Shown here: positions 47,702 to 56,900 of the stretch, piece by piece | How positions within the stretch are numbered: position 1 is the first letter of the stretch | How the letters are laid out: the number at the start of each line of letters is the position of its first letter | Source of the DNA: Candidatus Gottesmanbacteria bacterium | GTDB lineage: Bacteria > Patescibacteriota > Microgenomatia > UBA10105 > UBA927 | NCBI GenBank assembly: GCA_903821745.1 | Contig: CAIJMI010000005.1 | Span: 263,802 to 327,801 of the forward strand | Direction: 5' to 3' | DNA length: 64,000 bases | Position numbers and translations under genes: made by a program | Notes under the pieces: model-generated | Seen by the model: only the letters and a program-made list of their open reading frames with translations | Databases searched by the model: none | Told to the model about the DNA's origin: nothing

Positions 47702-48712
47702 TTATTTTTTGCTGACACTGCGTTTGTATAGCTCAATATTTTCAAGCGCTACTCCCGTTCCTCGAACAACACATAACAGTGGATCATCGGCAACATGACA
47801 GACAACTCCCGTCATTTGCGTCATCAGTTTATCCAGATTTCGAAGGGTACTGGTGCCACCTGCCATAATGATGCCTTTATCAATAATGTCAGCTGCAAGC
47901 TCCGGTGGGGTTTCTTCCAACACATGCTTCACTGCACCAATAATCTGATGAAGAACCGGCATAATAGCAGTCACACATTCAGCACTGGTTAAGGTAATCA
48001 TCCGCGGCATACCGGACACGGCATCACGGCCCCGTACTTCCATACTCCGCGGTTCTTCTTCAACGGCAGTGGCAATCGTCATTTTAATCGTTTCTGCCAT
48101 GCGTTCCCCGATAATTAAGTTGTAGGTTTTTTTAACATACAGTGCAATTGCCTCATCAATCTTGTTTCCGGCAACCCGTGCACTTTTATGAACCACCACA
48201 CCACCAAGAGAGATAACCGCTGCTTCCGTGGATCCGCCACCGATATCAACAATCATATGTCCTGAGGCCTGGGCAATCGGAATTTTTGCACCAATTGCTG
48301 ATGCAAGCGGTTCTTCAATGATGTAGACCGTTTTTGCACCAGCGGATAATGTGGCGTCCATGACAGCACGGCGTTCGACTTGTGTGCATCCGGTAGGAAC
48401 ACAAATCATGACTTCGGGTTTTGAAAATCGGTTCTTCCCGACCGTCCGGTCGATAAAATAGGCAAGCATAGCCTCGGTAATCCGATAATCCGCAATCACC
48501 CCATCTCGCATTGGGCGGGTGGCAACAATATTTCCAGGGGTTCGCCCCAGCATGTCTTTGGCTTCATTCCCAACAGCAACAACACGGCTGTCATCTGCGG
48601 TTACGGCTACAACGGTAGGCTCGTTGAGGACCACACCCTCACCCGCAAGCCAGACCAAACTATTGGCAGTTCCAAGATCAATCCCGATGCGTTTTGACGT
48701 AAACATTCCCAT
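47702..48712 (-). CDS. mreB: Rod shape-determining protein MreB (paralog 2)
   Basis: GIDLGTAN, RPMRDGVIAD, EEPLASAIGA, DIGGGSTE. Confidence 0.95.
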   Translation of the reverse strand: MGMFTSKRIGIDLGTANSLVWLAGEGVVLNEPTVVAVTADDSRVVAVGNEAKDMLGRTPGNIVATRPMRDGVIADYRITEAMLAYFIDRTVGKNRFSKPEVMICVPTGCTQVERRAVMDATLSAGAKTVYIIEEPLASAIGAKIPIAQASGHMIVDIGGGSTEAAVISLGGVVVHKSARVAGNKIDEAIALYVKKTYNLIIGERMAETIKMTIATAVEEEPRSMEVRGRDAVSGMPRMITLTSAECVTAIMPVLHQIIGAVKHVLEETPPELAADIIDKGIIMAGGTSTLRNLDKLMTQMTGVVCHVADDPLLCVVRGTGVALENIELYKRSVSKK

Positions 48713-48806
48713 AACGGTTTTTTACCAAAAATACGCTCTCACGCGCGTATGTTCATTCTACCATACTTTTTGGTGTATAATACGGCCTACAGATACATTT
48801 TTTCCT

Positions 48807-50015
48807 ATGGTTAAAATTCGAAACACGGTAATTTCTATTTTTACGGTTTGTGTTATTTTTCTCGTATCCGGCTTTGTCATTGCCTACGGCCGTGGCTACC
48901 GATTCAATTTCAAACAAAAAACCTTCGGCTCAACGGGACTCATCACCGCTATATCCGAACCCATTGGTGCTTCCATATTTGTCGACAACAAAAAAGTCGG
49001 TGCAACCAATACCACGATAACCGTCAAACCAGGGTGGTATACGATTTCGTTCATGAAAGAAGGGTATCAACCGTGGGAGAAAAAAATCCGCGTGCAGGGA
49101 GAAGTGGTTGCCCAGGCAAACGGCACCCTCTTTCCCACAAACCCTTCCCTTTCCGCAATCACAACAAATGGTGTTGCAAACCCCATTCTCTCACCCGATG
49201 GAGGAAAATTAGCATTTGTTATCCCGGTCATTGATGAAGCAACAGATACCGCGCAACTTGTCCAAAAATCCGGCATTTGGGTGCTCGACCTCATTGATAA
49301 ACCGCTTGGGCTCAACCGTGATGCAAAACAGATATTAAAAAGTGAACCGCTCGATATATCAAAAGCAACGCTTACCTGGTCACCAGACAGCAAACAACTG
49401 CTAGTTGATGTGCCGACGGCCCAAAAAACAACAGCAACCTACCTCATTGATTCGGACAAACTCAACGAGTTTGCCAAACCCGTGTATATCCGTCGTGATG
49501 TCATCAATGATTGGGCACAAATGGAAAAAACGAAAGAAACAGAAAAAATTTCAACCCTCAAACCAGAATTTCTTGCAGTTGCAACAAGCTCAATGAGTAT
49601 TATTGCCTTTTCTCCGGATGAACGGAATATTCTCTATGAAGCAACCGGAGCAGCAACGATTCCGCAAATAATCACACCCGCCCTCATCGGGACCAATCCA
49701 ACCGAAGAGGTCCGGGATATCAAACCATTCAGTATCTACACCTATGATATCAAAGAAGACAAAAACTATCTCATTGGCAAGGCAACAGATCTTACCCTCC
49801 AATGGCTTCCAACATCCCATCATTTGATTACCATTTCCAAAGACAAAATTGAAGTGATGGATTATGACGGAATCAACAGAAAAACCGTCTATGCAGGACC
49901 ATTCTGGGATGCATTTGTCGCGCCATGGACAAGCGCAAACAAACTCGTCATTTTAACCAATCTCATTCCAACTGCCTCAACGCTTCCGAATCTCTACGCA
50001 ATAAACATCAAGTAA
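48807..50015 (+). CDS. PEGA-domain protein with beta-propeller-like (TolB-type) repeats
   Basis: TM, GYRFN, SEP.GASIFVD, KEGYQPWEK, SPDG/WSPDS/FSPDE. Confidence 0.82.
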   Translation: MVKIRNTVISIFTVCVIFLVSGFVIAYGRGYRFNFKQKTFGSTGLITAISEPIGASIFVDNKKVGATNTTITVKPGWYTISFMKEGYQPWEKKIRVQGEVVAQANGTLFPTNPSLSAITTNGVANPILSPDGGKLAFVIPVIDEATDTAQLVQKSGIWVLDLIDKPLGLNRDAKQILKSEPLDISKATLTWSPDSKQLLVDVPTAQKTTATYLIDSDKLNEFAKPVYIRRDVINDWAQMEKTKETEKISTLKPEFLAVATSSMSIIAFSPDERNILYEATGAATIPQIITPALIGTNPTEEVRDIKPFSIYTYDIKEDKNYLIGKATDLTLQWLPTSHHLITISKDKIEVMDYDGINRKTVYAGPFWDAFVAPWTSANKLVILTNLIPTASTLPNLYAINIK

Positions 50016-50019
50016 AATG

Positions 50020-50091
50020 CGCCCTCGAAGGGAATCGAACCCCTATCTTGCCCTTAGGACGGGCCTGCTCTATCCATTGAGCTACGAAGGC
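50020..50091 (-). tRNA. tRNA-Arg(CCT)
   Basis: GCCTTCG/CGAGGGC acceptor, GCCC-GT-CCT-AA-GGGC arm, GTTCGATTC. Confidence 0.9.
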
Positions 50092-50145
50092 TATACCCAG
50101 ATTGTATTCTACCTTCTGCTTTCGTACAATACGAGGTGCATTACA

Positions 50146-50218
50146 CGGGATGTAGCGCAGTTGGTAGCGTGCTTCGTTCGGAACGAAGAGGTCGAGAGTT
50201 CGAGTCTCTCCATCCCGA
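50146..50218 (+). tRNA. tRNA-Pro(CGG)
   Basis: CGGGATG/CATCCCG acceptor, CTTCG-TT-CGG-AA-CGAAG arm. Confidence 0.94.
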
Positions 50219-50285
50219 CTAGGCTCTTTCTCCCCCTTTTTCCCTCCTAGTAAAGAGATTGTTTTTACGGTATAATACCCAAATC

Positions 50286-50936
50286 ATGAACCTCTCATTC
50301 AAGCCACAACACATTCCACTTGAAGAAAAGCCAATTCAGATCATTTTGGCATCCCAATCCCTGGGACGAAAGATGCTTCTTGAAAAACTGGGCATTCCAT
50401 TCCGTACGATCGTTTCCAACGTTAACGAAGACATGATTACGGATCCCGATCCAGTCAAAACGATCAAAAAACGGGCACTTGCAAAAGCCGAGGAAATCGT
50501 CAAAAATCCTCGTATTTTCAATCTCCCAATTGATAGCCGATCACTTATTATTGCTGCTGATTCTATGGCCGTTCTGGGTAAAAAAACATTTGGAAAAACA
50601 AACACACGGGAAGAAGCAAAGGCAATGGTAAAAGAACTGATGGGCAAAACCCATACGTTTACAACGGCCGTCAAAATCATGTACCTTCACGGATTAACCG
50701 TCAAAAAGATGTGGGATACCGTGGAAACAACTAAAGTTACCATGCGAAAAATGACCATGCCGGAACTGGACCAATACACAAACCGGTATGATTTTTCCCG
50801 CTTTGCAGCAGCCTATACGATCAACGAAGCACCGTGGGATCTTGTTACCAAAATCGATGGAAGCTACACCAATGTCATTGGTCTTCCATTTGAATGTATC
50901 CTTCCCATTTTCCGAAAGCTTGAAATTATCAAGTAA
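50286..50936 (+). CDS. maf: Maf-family nucleotide pyrophosphatase
   Basis: ILASQS.GR..LL, A..KA, IIAADS, GK, GSYTNVIGLP. Confidence 0.88.
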   Translation: MNLSFKPQHIPLEEKPIQIILASQSLGRKMLLEKLGIPFRTIVSNVNEDMITDPDPVKTIKKRALAKAEEIVKNPRIFNLPIDSRSLIIAADSMAVLGKKTFGKTNTREEAKAMVKELMGKTHTFTTAVKIMYLHGLTVKKMWDTVETTKVTMRKMTMPELDQYTNRYDFSRFAAAYTINEAPWDLVTKIDGSYTNVIGLPFECILPIFRKLEIIK

Positions 50937-51006
50937 GAAATAAGAAAAGAGTCCTACCAATTTTTTCCCTCTTGCATGAACGATGTGATATGCGTATTAT
51001 TTCGCT

Positions 51007-51147
51007 ATGACAAATATTGAATACGAACAGAAACCCATTGTACCAAAACCCTGCGAAAAACCAAAATCTCCCCTTCTGCAACCTCCACAAAAAGAACATC
51101 CGGTATTAAAGCAACATAGAGCTCAGGAACAACAAAAAGGAAGATAA
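51007..51147 (+). CDS. Small Pro/Lys/Gln-rich protein (46 aa)
   Basis: MTNIEYEQKPIVPKPCEKPKSPLLQPPQKEHPVLKQHRAQEQQKGR*; TATTAT 6 nt upstream. Confidence 0.45.
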   Translation: MTNIEYEQKPIVPKPCEKPKSPLLQPPQKEHPVLKQHRAQEQQKGR

Positions 51148-51154
51148 ACAAAAA

Positions 51155-51367
51155 TCAGGAACCTACATTAATTAGGGGAAGGCCAACAGCGCCACGAAGC
51201 TCATCTTCATCATATGCGTTTACTTCTGTCTCAACAACAAGTGGTTGATGCGTTTGTTGTAGAAGGGTATCCAGTTCCGTATTGATTTTTGGAGGTGCAA
51301 ACGGATCAACAACGGTTTCTGACAACTGGAAGACTGACATTCCTGGTGTTACATCTGGTGATCCCAT
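51155..51367 (-). CDS. Small acidic hypothetical protein
   Basis: MGSPDVTPGMS... about 70 aa downstream of ndk. Confidence 0.45.
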   Translation of the reverse strand: MGSPDVTPGMSVFQLSETVVDPFAPPKINTELDTLLQQTHQPLVVETEVNAYDEDELRGAVGLPLINVGS

Positions 51368-51423
51368 ATATTCAGGATACCCACCAGTATAAATCAATAC
51401 AGGAATTATGCAATAGATATCTG

Positions 51424-51846
51424 TTACAGGACAAAAATCTCTGCCGGTGTAAAGATCAATCCAATTTCTTTTTCGGCAGCGTCCACACTGTCTGACCGGT
51501 GCACCACATTGTGTGGTTTATCGACGCCAAAATCTTTTCGGATTGTGCCGGGAGCAGCTTCTGCTGGATCTGTTGGGCCACAAATACCGAAGACTTTCTC
51601 GACTGCTCCTTCACCGGATAAGACAATAGCAACAACTGGGGTCGACATCATTTGTTCACAAAGCCCTGGGAAAAACGGCTTGTCTTTATGATGGGCATAC
51701 CACACATCAAGAATCGGTTGAGTCAGCTGGACAAATTTTAACCCCACAACAGTAAGTCCTGCGGACTCAAACCGTTTAATAATCTCTCCAGTAATATGTT
51801 GTTTCACTCCATCTGGTTTAATAAGAACAACTGTTTTTTCAATCAT
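51424..51846 (-). CDS. ndk: Nucleoside diphosphate kinase
   Basis: LIKPDGV, GPTDP..A.PGTIR.DFG, NVVHRSDS. Confidence 0.96.
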   Translation of the reverse strand: MIEKTVVLIKPDGVKQHITGEIIKRFESAGLTVVGLKFVQLTQPILDVWYAHHKDKPFFPGLCEQMMSTPVVAIVLSGEGAVEKVFGICGPTDPAEAAPGTIRKDFGVDKPHNVVHRSDSVDAAEKEIGLIFTPAEIFVL

Positions 51847-51864
51847 AAGATTTCCTTTCCTTGT

Positions 51865-53154
51865 TTATATGTTTAATAATTCTACCAGGGATTTGTCTTC
51901 CGGTCTATTCCAAACAACAGCCAAGTTTAATGTTTCCGTTACGAAATATTTCTTAATCAGCATGTTAATATCGTCCTTTGTCACCATTTCAATCCGTTTC
52001 ATGTACTCGGTCAACGACAACATCGGTAAGTGATAGAGTTCTTGTCGTCCATACCATTCCGTTGCAAATTCCGGGTCTTCTGCGCGGAATGCCAGCATGG
52101 TTTTAAGACGTTTGATCGCGATTATTACCTCTTCTTCCGTCACGCCTTCCTGTTTTACTTTTTGTAATTCTTTCATAATTCCCGCAGTTGCCTCTCCGAC
52201 TTTGTCTGTTGCAACCCCTGCGTAAATGGACCAATACCCGACATCGTCGAAGGTATCAGACGATGAACGAATGGTATAACAAAGCCCCTTCTTCTCCCGA
52301 ATCTCTTTAAAAAGCCTCGATGTAAATGACACGCCAAACAAGAGGTTAAACACGTTCCAAGCAAATCGATCTTCTGACGATCGGTTAAAAATTCGAAGTC
52401 CCACATTCATATGTGCCTGCTTTGCATCTTTTTTCGTAACAAACACTACGTTCGGCGTTTTCTGGTCATCTGTCACCTGCTCCATATCGCCGGTCTTTTT
52501 TGGTTGAAGTGTTCCAAACCATGCATCAACAACCTGTTTTGCCTTTGCTTTCACTGCATCATCAATTTTTCCGGCAAGGATAATCACCATACGTTCCGGC
52601 TGATACCAGGTATCATGATAGGTTTGAAGCGTTTGGGCATTACTGTCCCGAAGCGACTGTTCTTCCCCAATAATCTTCATGCCAAGCCTAGTATTGGGAT
52701 ACAACATCTGATGGAATGTCTCTCCAACTTTTGCAGCCGGTTCATCTTCATATTTTTTCATTTCTTCTATAATCACATCCCGTTCCTTATCAACATACTT
52801 TTCCTCAAGCCGCGGATGAAGCGCGAGTTCTTTGTTAATCTCCAGTCCTGCCTGCCAATCTTCTCCCAACACTTTGTTATGATAGCAGGTGACATCAATA
52901 TCGGTATACGCATTTTGCAGTCCCCCTAATCGTTCAATGAAATTCACATCATCCGTGGTCGGATACATTTGGGTGCCCTTAAACACCATGTGTTCCAAAA
53001 AATGGGAGATACCGTTGATCTTTGTTGTTTCATACCTGCTTCCAACCCCGACCATGACAGCTGTTGCCATGCTTTCAACGCCAAGAATTGGCACAAACAG
53101 TAAGCGACAACCATTAGGAAACACAATTTTTTCATATGGATTTGGAGTAGTCAT
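51865..53154 (-). CDS. M16 (pitrilysin) family peptidase
   Basis: GSRYE...GISHFLEHMVFKG, NAYT, SRLF.EIREKKGLCY. Confidence 0.94.
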   Translation of the reverse strand: MTTPNPYEKIVFPNGCRLLFVPILGVESMATAVMVGVGSRYETTKINGISHFLEHMVFKGTQMYPTTDDVNFIERLGGLQNAYTDIDVTCYHNKVLGEDWQAGLEINKELALHPRLEEKYVDKERDVIIEEMKKYEDEPAAKVGETFHQMLYPNTRLGMKIIGEEQSLRDSNAQTLQTYHDTWYQPERMVIILAGKIDDAVKAKAKQVVDAWFGTLQPKKTGDMEQVTDDQKTPNVVFVTKKDAKQAHMNVGLRIFNRSSEDRFAWNVFNLLFGVSFTSRLFKEIREKKGLCYTIRSSSDTFDDVGYWSIYAGVATDKVGEATAGIMKELQKVKQEGVTEEEVIIAIKRLKTMLAFRAEDPEFATEWYGRQELYHLPMLSLTEYMKRIEMVTKDDINMLIKKYFVTETLNLAVVWNRPEDKSLVELLNI

Positions 53155-53236
53155 AGATAGGCGTAGTATAGACCAAAATAGATGTAGGCAAAAGACTACA
53201 CTTGATACTTCCCTCTTTTTGCCGGATACTAGAACT

Positions 53237-53611
53237 ATGTCCCCAGATGATATCAGAGAACATATTGAACTTGCAGTCGTTGAAATGATCAAAAAGAACG
53301 TGGCTGACGGTACGATGACAGAATCCCGTGCGCAACAAATTTCCCAAATCGTGCTAGAACTTTTAAAACCTGGTATGGGATATATGGAACTCTACAAAGC
53401 AATATTTAAACTCGATGACACCTGCAATGAACTCTCCACAATCGTTCTTCCATATGCACAAAGCTATGAAAACAATATTGCGAACAAAGCAACAGACATG
53501 GTGGCAAATTACATCCGTGTTGGCAACTATGACGCAGCAGTCAAACTTGCGGAAGATGTCGTCCAGGAAAACGTTAAATTAGAATGGCAAGGCAAAGCAC
53601 AAGCAGCTTAA
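53237..53611 (+). CDS. Hypothetical helical protein
   Basis: MSPDDIREHIELAVVEMIK..., 124 aa. Confidence 0.7.
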   Translation: MSPDDIREHIELAVVEMIKKNVADGTMTESRAQQISQIVLELLKPGMGYMELYKAIFKLDDTCNELSTIVLPYAQSYENNIANKATDMVANYIRVGNYDAAVKLAEDVVQENVKLEWQGKAQAA

Positions 53612-53657
53612 ACCCCCACTCATTGACAAACCTAATTTTCCCCCCCATTATATATAT

Positions 53658-53981
53658 ATGGCACTGCAAACTGCTTCTATATCTCTTGATCAATTTCTTC
53701 TTGATCTCGTCATCGAAAAACACGGAGAACCGATGGAAGAAGATCTCAAAAAACAAATGGTTGAAGAGCTCAAACCAAAACTTGATCAATGGATAACCCT
53801 AAAAACTATGACGGAAATTGCACAGTCATCTCCTACAGATATTGAACTCTTGAAAAAAATGACCGATGAAAACCAACCGGCAGAAGAAATAGAAAAATTC
53901 ATACAATCCAAAATTCCTGACATGCCCGCATTTCTCACAAAAACATTATTGGCATTCCGACAAACATATATCGGCACATAA
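53658..53981 (+). CDS. Small acidic helical protein (DUF5663-like, CPR-typical)
   Basis: F..DL..E, I..F...KIPD...F...L..FR..Y; promoter TTGACA-17-CATTAT ends 6 nt before ATG. Confidence 0.7.
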   Translation: MALQTASISLDQFLLDLVIEKHGEPMEEDLKKQMVEELKPKLDQWITLKTMTEIAQSSPTDIELLKKMTDENQPAEEIEKFIQSKIPDMPAFLTKTLLAFRQTYIGT

Positions 53982-53984
53982 TAT

Positions 53985-56900
53985 ATGGCAGAACTACCCA
54001 TCGTACCAAAAGAAATTCCGAATCTTGGACCTGTTCTCGCATTTGGAAACCCTGATCGCGGTATTCAAGGTACTCATTTGTACATCAAACCAGAAGCCAT
54101 AAAGAAATACAAAGAACATGTCTTTGATGGAAAAAAATTGAAAGAATTTTCCCTGTTTGACGCACAAGCTGCAGCAGATACCGGTCTTGATAGTGCACGG
54201 ATCAAAATGCGCGTTTATCCAAACAATAAAGCAGATGGACAAACGGAACTTCGTGCAAACCCAGCAACAGGAGAAACGATCCCCCTCACAAATACATGGG
54301 GTGTTCGCATGATGGATGATCATGCAGAATTTGTTGACATTCCGATTGAAGATCTCACAACGGAAAAACCGCAACCAAAACCACGAAAACCAAAAGAAGG
54401 AGTGATTACCGTAACAACGAAGGCACGGGAAGAATTGGAAAAAATCCGGGTTGGATCAGCAGATGCAACACCGCAGGATAATATCTCTGAATCAGACGAT
54501 GGCGCTACTCCGGGACTTTTACATCTGAATGAGAAAACCACACAAAAAACTACTACTCCAATTGATAGACCGCAGGATAATATCTCTGAATCAGATGATG
54601 GTGTTACACCTGGAATATTCCACGCAGAACCCCCTACGTCTACTTCAACAATAACACCAGAGCCCGAAAAAACTATTCCCTCGGCTCCCTCAGAAGTTAT
54701 ACCAACACCAGGAACAGAACCAACAACGTCAACATCAGAAACAACAACTCCTCCATCCCCACCAGAAGCTACACCAACAGCCACGCCAACACCTGAAGCA
54801 CCGCGGGAGAATGTCGTAACCATCGTTGGTATCCAGGAAGCATTTAAACGGAGGGCAACAGATTTTGCCAAAGAAGCACTGGAAAAAAGCAGGAATATTG
54901 TTAAAAAATTCTTTGGAGAACGGTTTGAAGAACGCTATTATCAACACTTCCGTAAGATGCTCGAGGCGGCACAAAATCCATTTGCCAGAGAAAGTATCGC
55001 AATTGCACAACAACGAGCAAAAACACGATATGACGCTGAAATGAACGGACGAAATGGTCTGTCACGGGCAGCGCGAAAAACCTGGGATCGTATCAAAGAA
55101 TACACGTTTGGCACCACAACACTTGAACGGTATGCGGTCGAAGAAATCAGTGCCATGCAGCAAGCAGGACAAATTAGAGAACAAGCATCCTTTGACCAGG
55201 AAATGCAAGCTTTTGTAGAGCGCTTTGAAAAACCATTTGAAGAATCAGACACCGCAATTCGCCAGCAACTTGGAGAACGGTTGGAAATTCTTAATCCGGA
55301 TAACACAGAGCACAAACCCCTCATTGATGGCATCAAAGGACTCATCAAAGAATACCGTGATGGAACAATTCCTGATGCAAAAGTGTTAAACGAACGGTTA
55401 CATGTACTGTACGAAACAACCATTTCTCCAGGACGACAGGATTTACTCGGTGAAGCTGAAACCTATGCCTCCAGTCTTGCGGTTGTTGCAAAAGACATGA
55501 AGGACAGACTGAATCATGGAGTATCACTGGCAACGCTTGACGGAGAACTGGAAGCGATGCAAGTGCGACTGGGTATCGGACAAATGGGAGAAGCAACGGA
55601 AATAAACGCAACATCCACTCATAAAACGGTTGAATGGATGAAAAAAACCGCTCGTAACCTTGAAAAACGGGGCATCATTCATAATGTAGTGCTCAACGAA
55701 TTTACCGTTGGTTCTGCAGTTTCTGCCGTTCTTGCACTCAAAATGATTCCACAAATGGCGGCATCAGCGAGTGCTCGTATGTGGATTGGTGGAGGTGCAG
55801 GAGCGGTGGTCACCGGGGCAATTTCTACAGGCCGGGAGTTTGGCAAGAGGCAAGGAGAACTTCGTCGCATTGTCGCACAAAAAGAAGCGGGAATCCAAAC
55901 ACCAGATACAGCAAAACAACGCCAGTGGTATGAAACCTTTAATTTTCAACTTAGAACAACCAAGGATCTCATTGATTGCATGCAGTCCCCGATTCTTGAC
56001 GCAGATGGACAAATGAAATCCACAGTGACCATTGATGACCTACGAAAAAGCGCTGCCAACTTAGCGGATGCAAAAGCGCGAAGTGCCATCAGCCAACGGG
56101 AACATAACCGATTTGGTCTTATCAACATTGGAGCTGTTGGCGAACAAGAAAAGAACAGAACCGCCCTTGTCCAGTCCATGATTAAAACAGAAACAAATCT
56201 CAAAACGTATTTAACCGAACATCGTCTCGATCAGGATGTTATTAATTTAATCGGTCCAACACGCACGGTTGAACAATATCTTGATAGCTTAACAACAGCA
56301 CAAACGCAAATTCTTAACGAGGGCAATCAGGTGCTGACCAATTTAAATGACACATATATTCGTACAGCACTGGATCCGCTCAAAGCATACACGCCGGAAG
56401 TTGACGTCATGCGTCGCACGCTTGGTCTGGCCGGAAAAGCAGAGTCCAAAGGCAAAGAAAGCGGTCTGGATGCACTGCTCAAAGAATTTAAAAAACAAGC
56501 AATGGTCGAAAGTGTACGCACCGGAGTGAAAACTGCCAGCATTGGTTTTGCCATAGGAACCATTGGCAACGAAGTGGTAATGGATGTAAAACACGGCTTT
56601 GGAAGCGGTGCCGTCTCCAGTCTCTTTATGCACGGACCAGAAGCAACAGGCGCTACCCCGATTCTTCCAACAACCCATATTGAAACCATCGGATCACAAC
56701 ATATTGTACTAGGTGATAATATGCATATTGATGCAGCAGGAAACTTAGATATCACGGACGGACAAGGGCATATTATTCATGATGCAATCCCGGATTTTCA
56801 ACACCATTATGTCAATGGTGTCCTTGATGATTTTGCACGAAATAAATTACATGATTTAGGGTTAAATCCTTCCATTACGACGCAGGACGTACAACAGATC

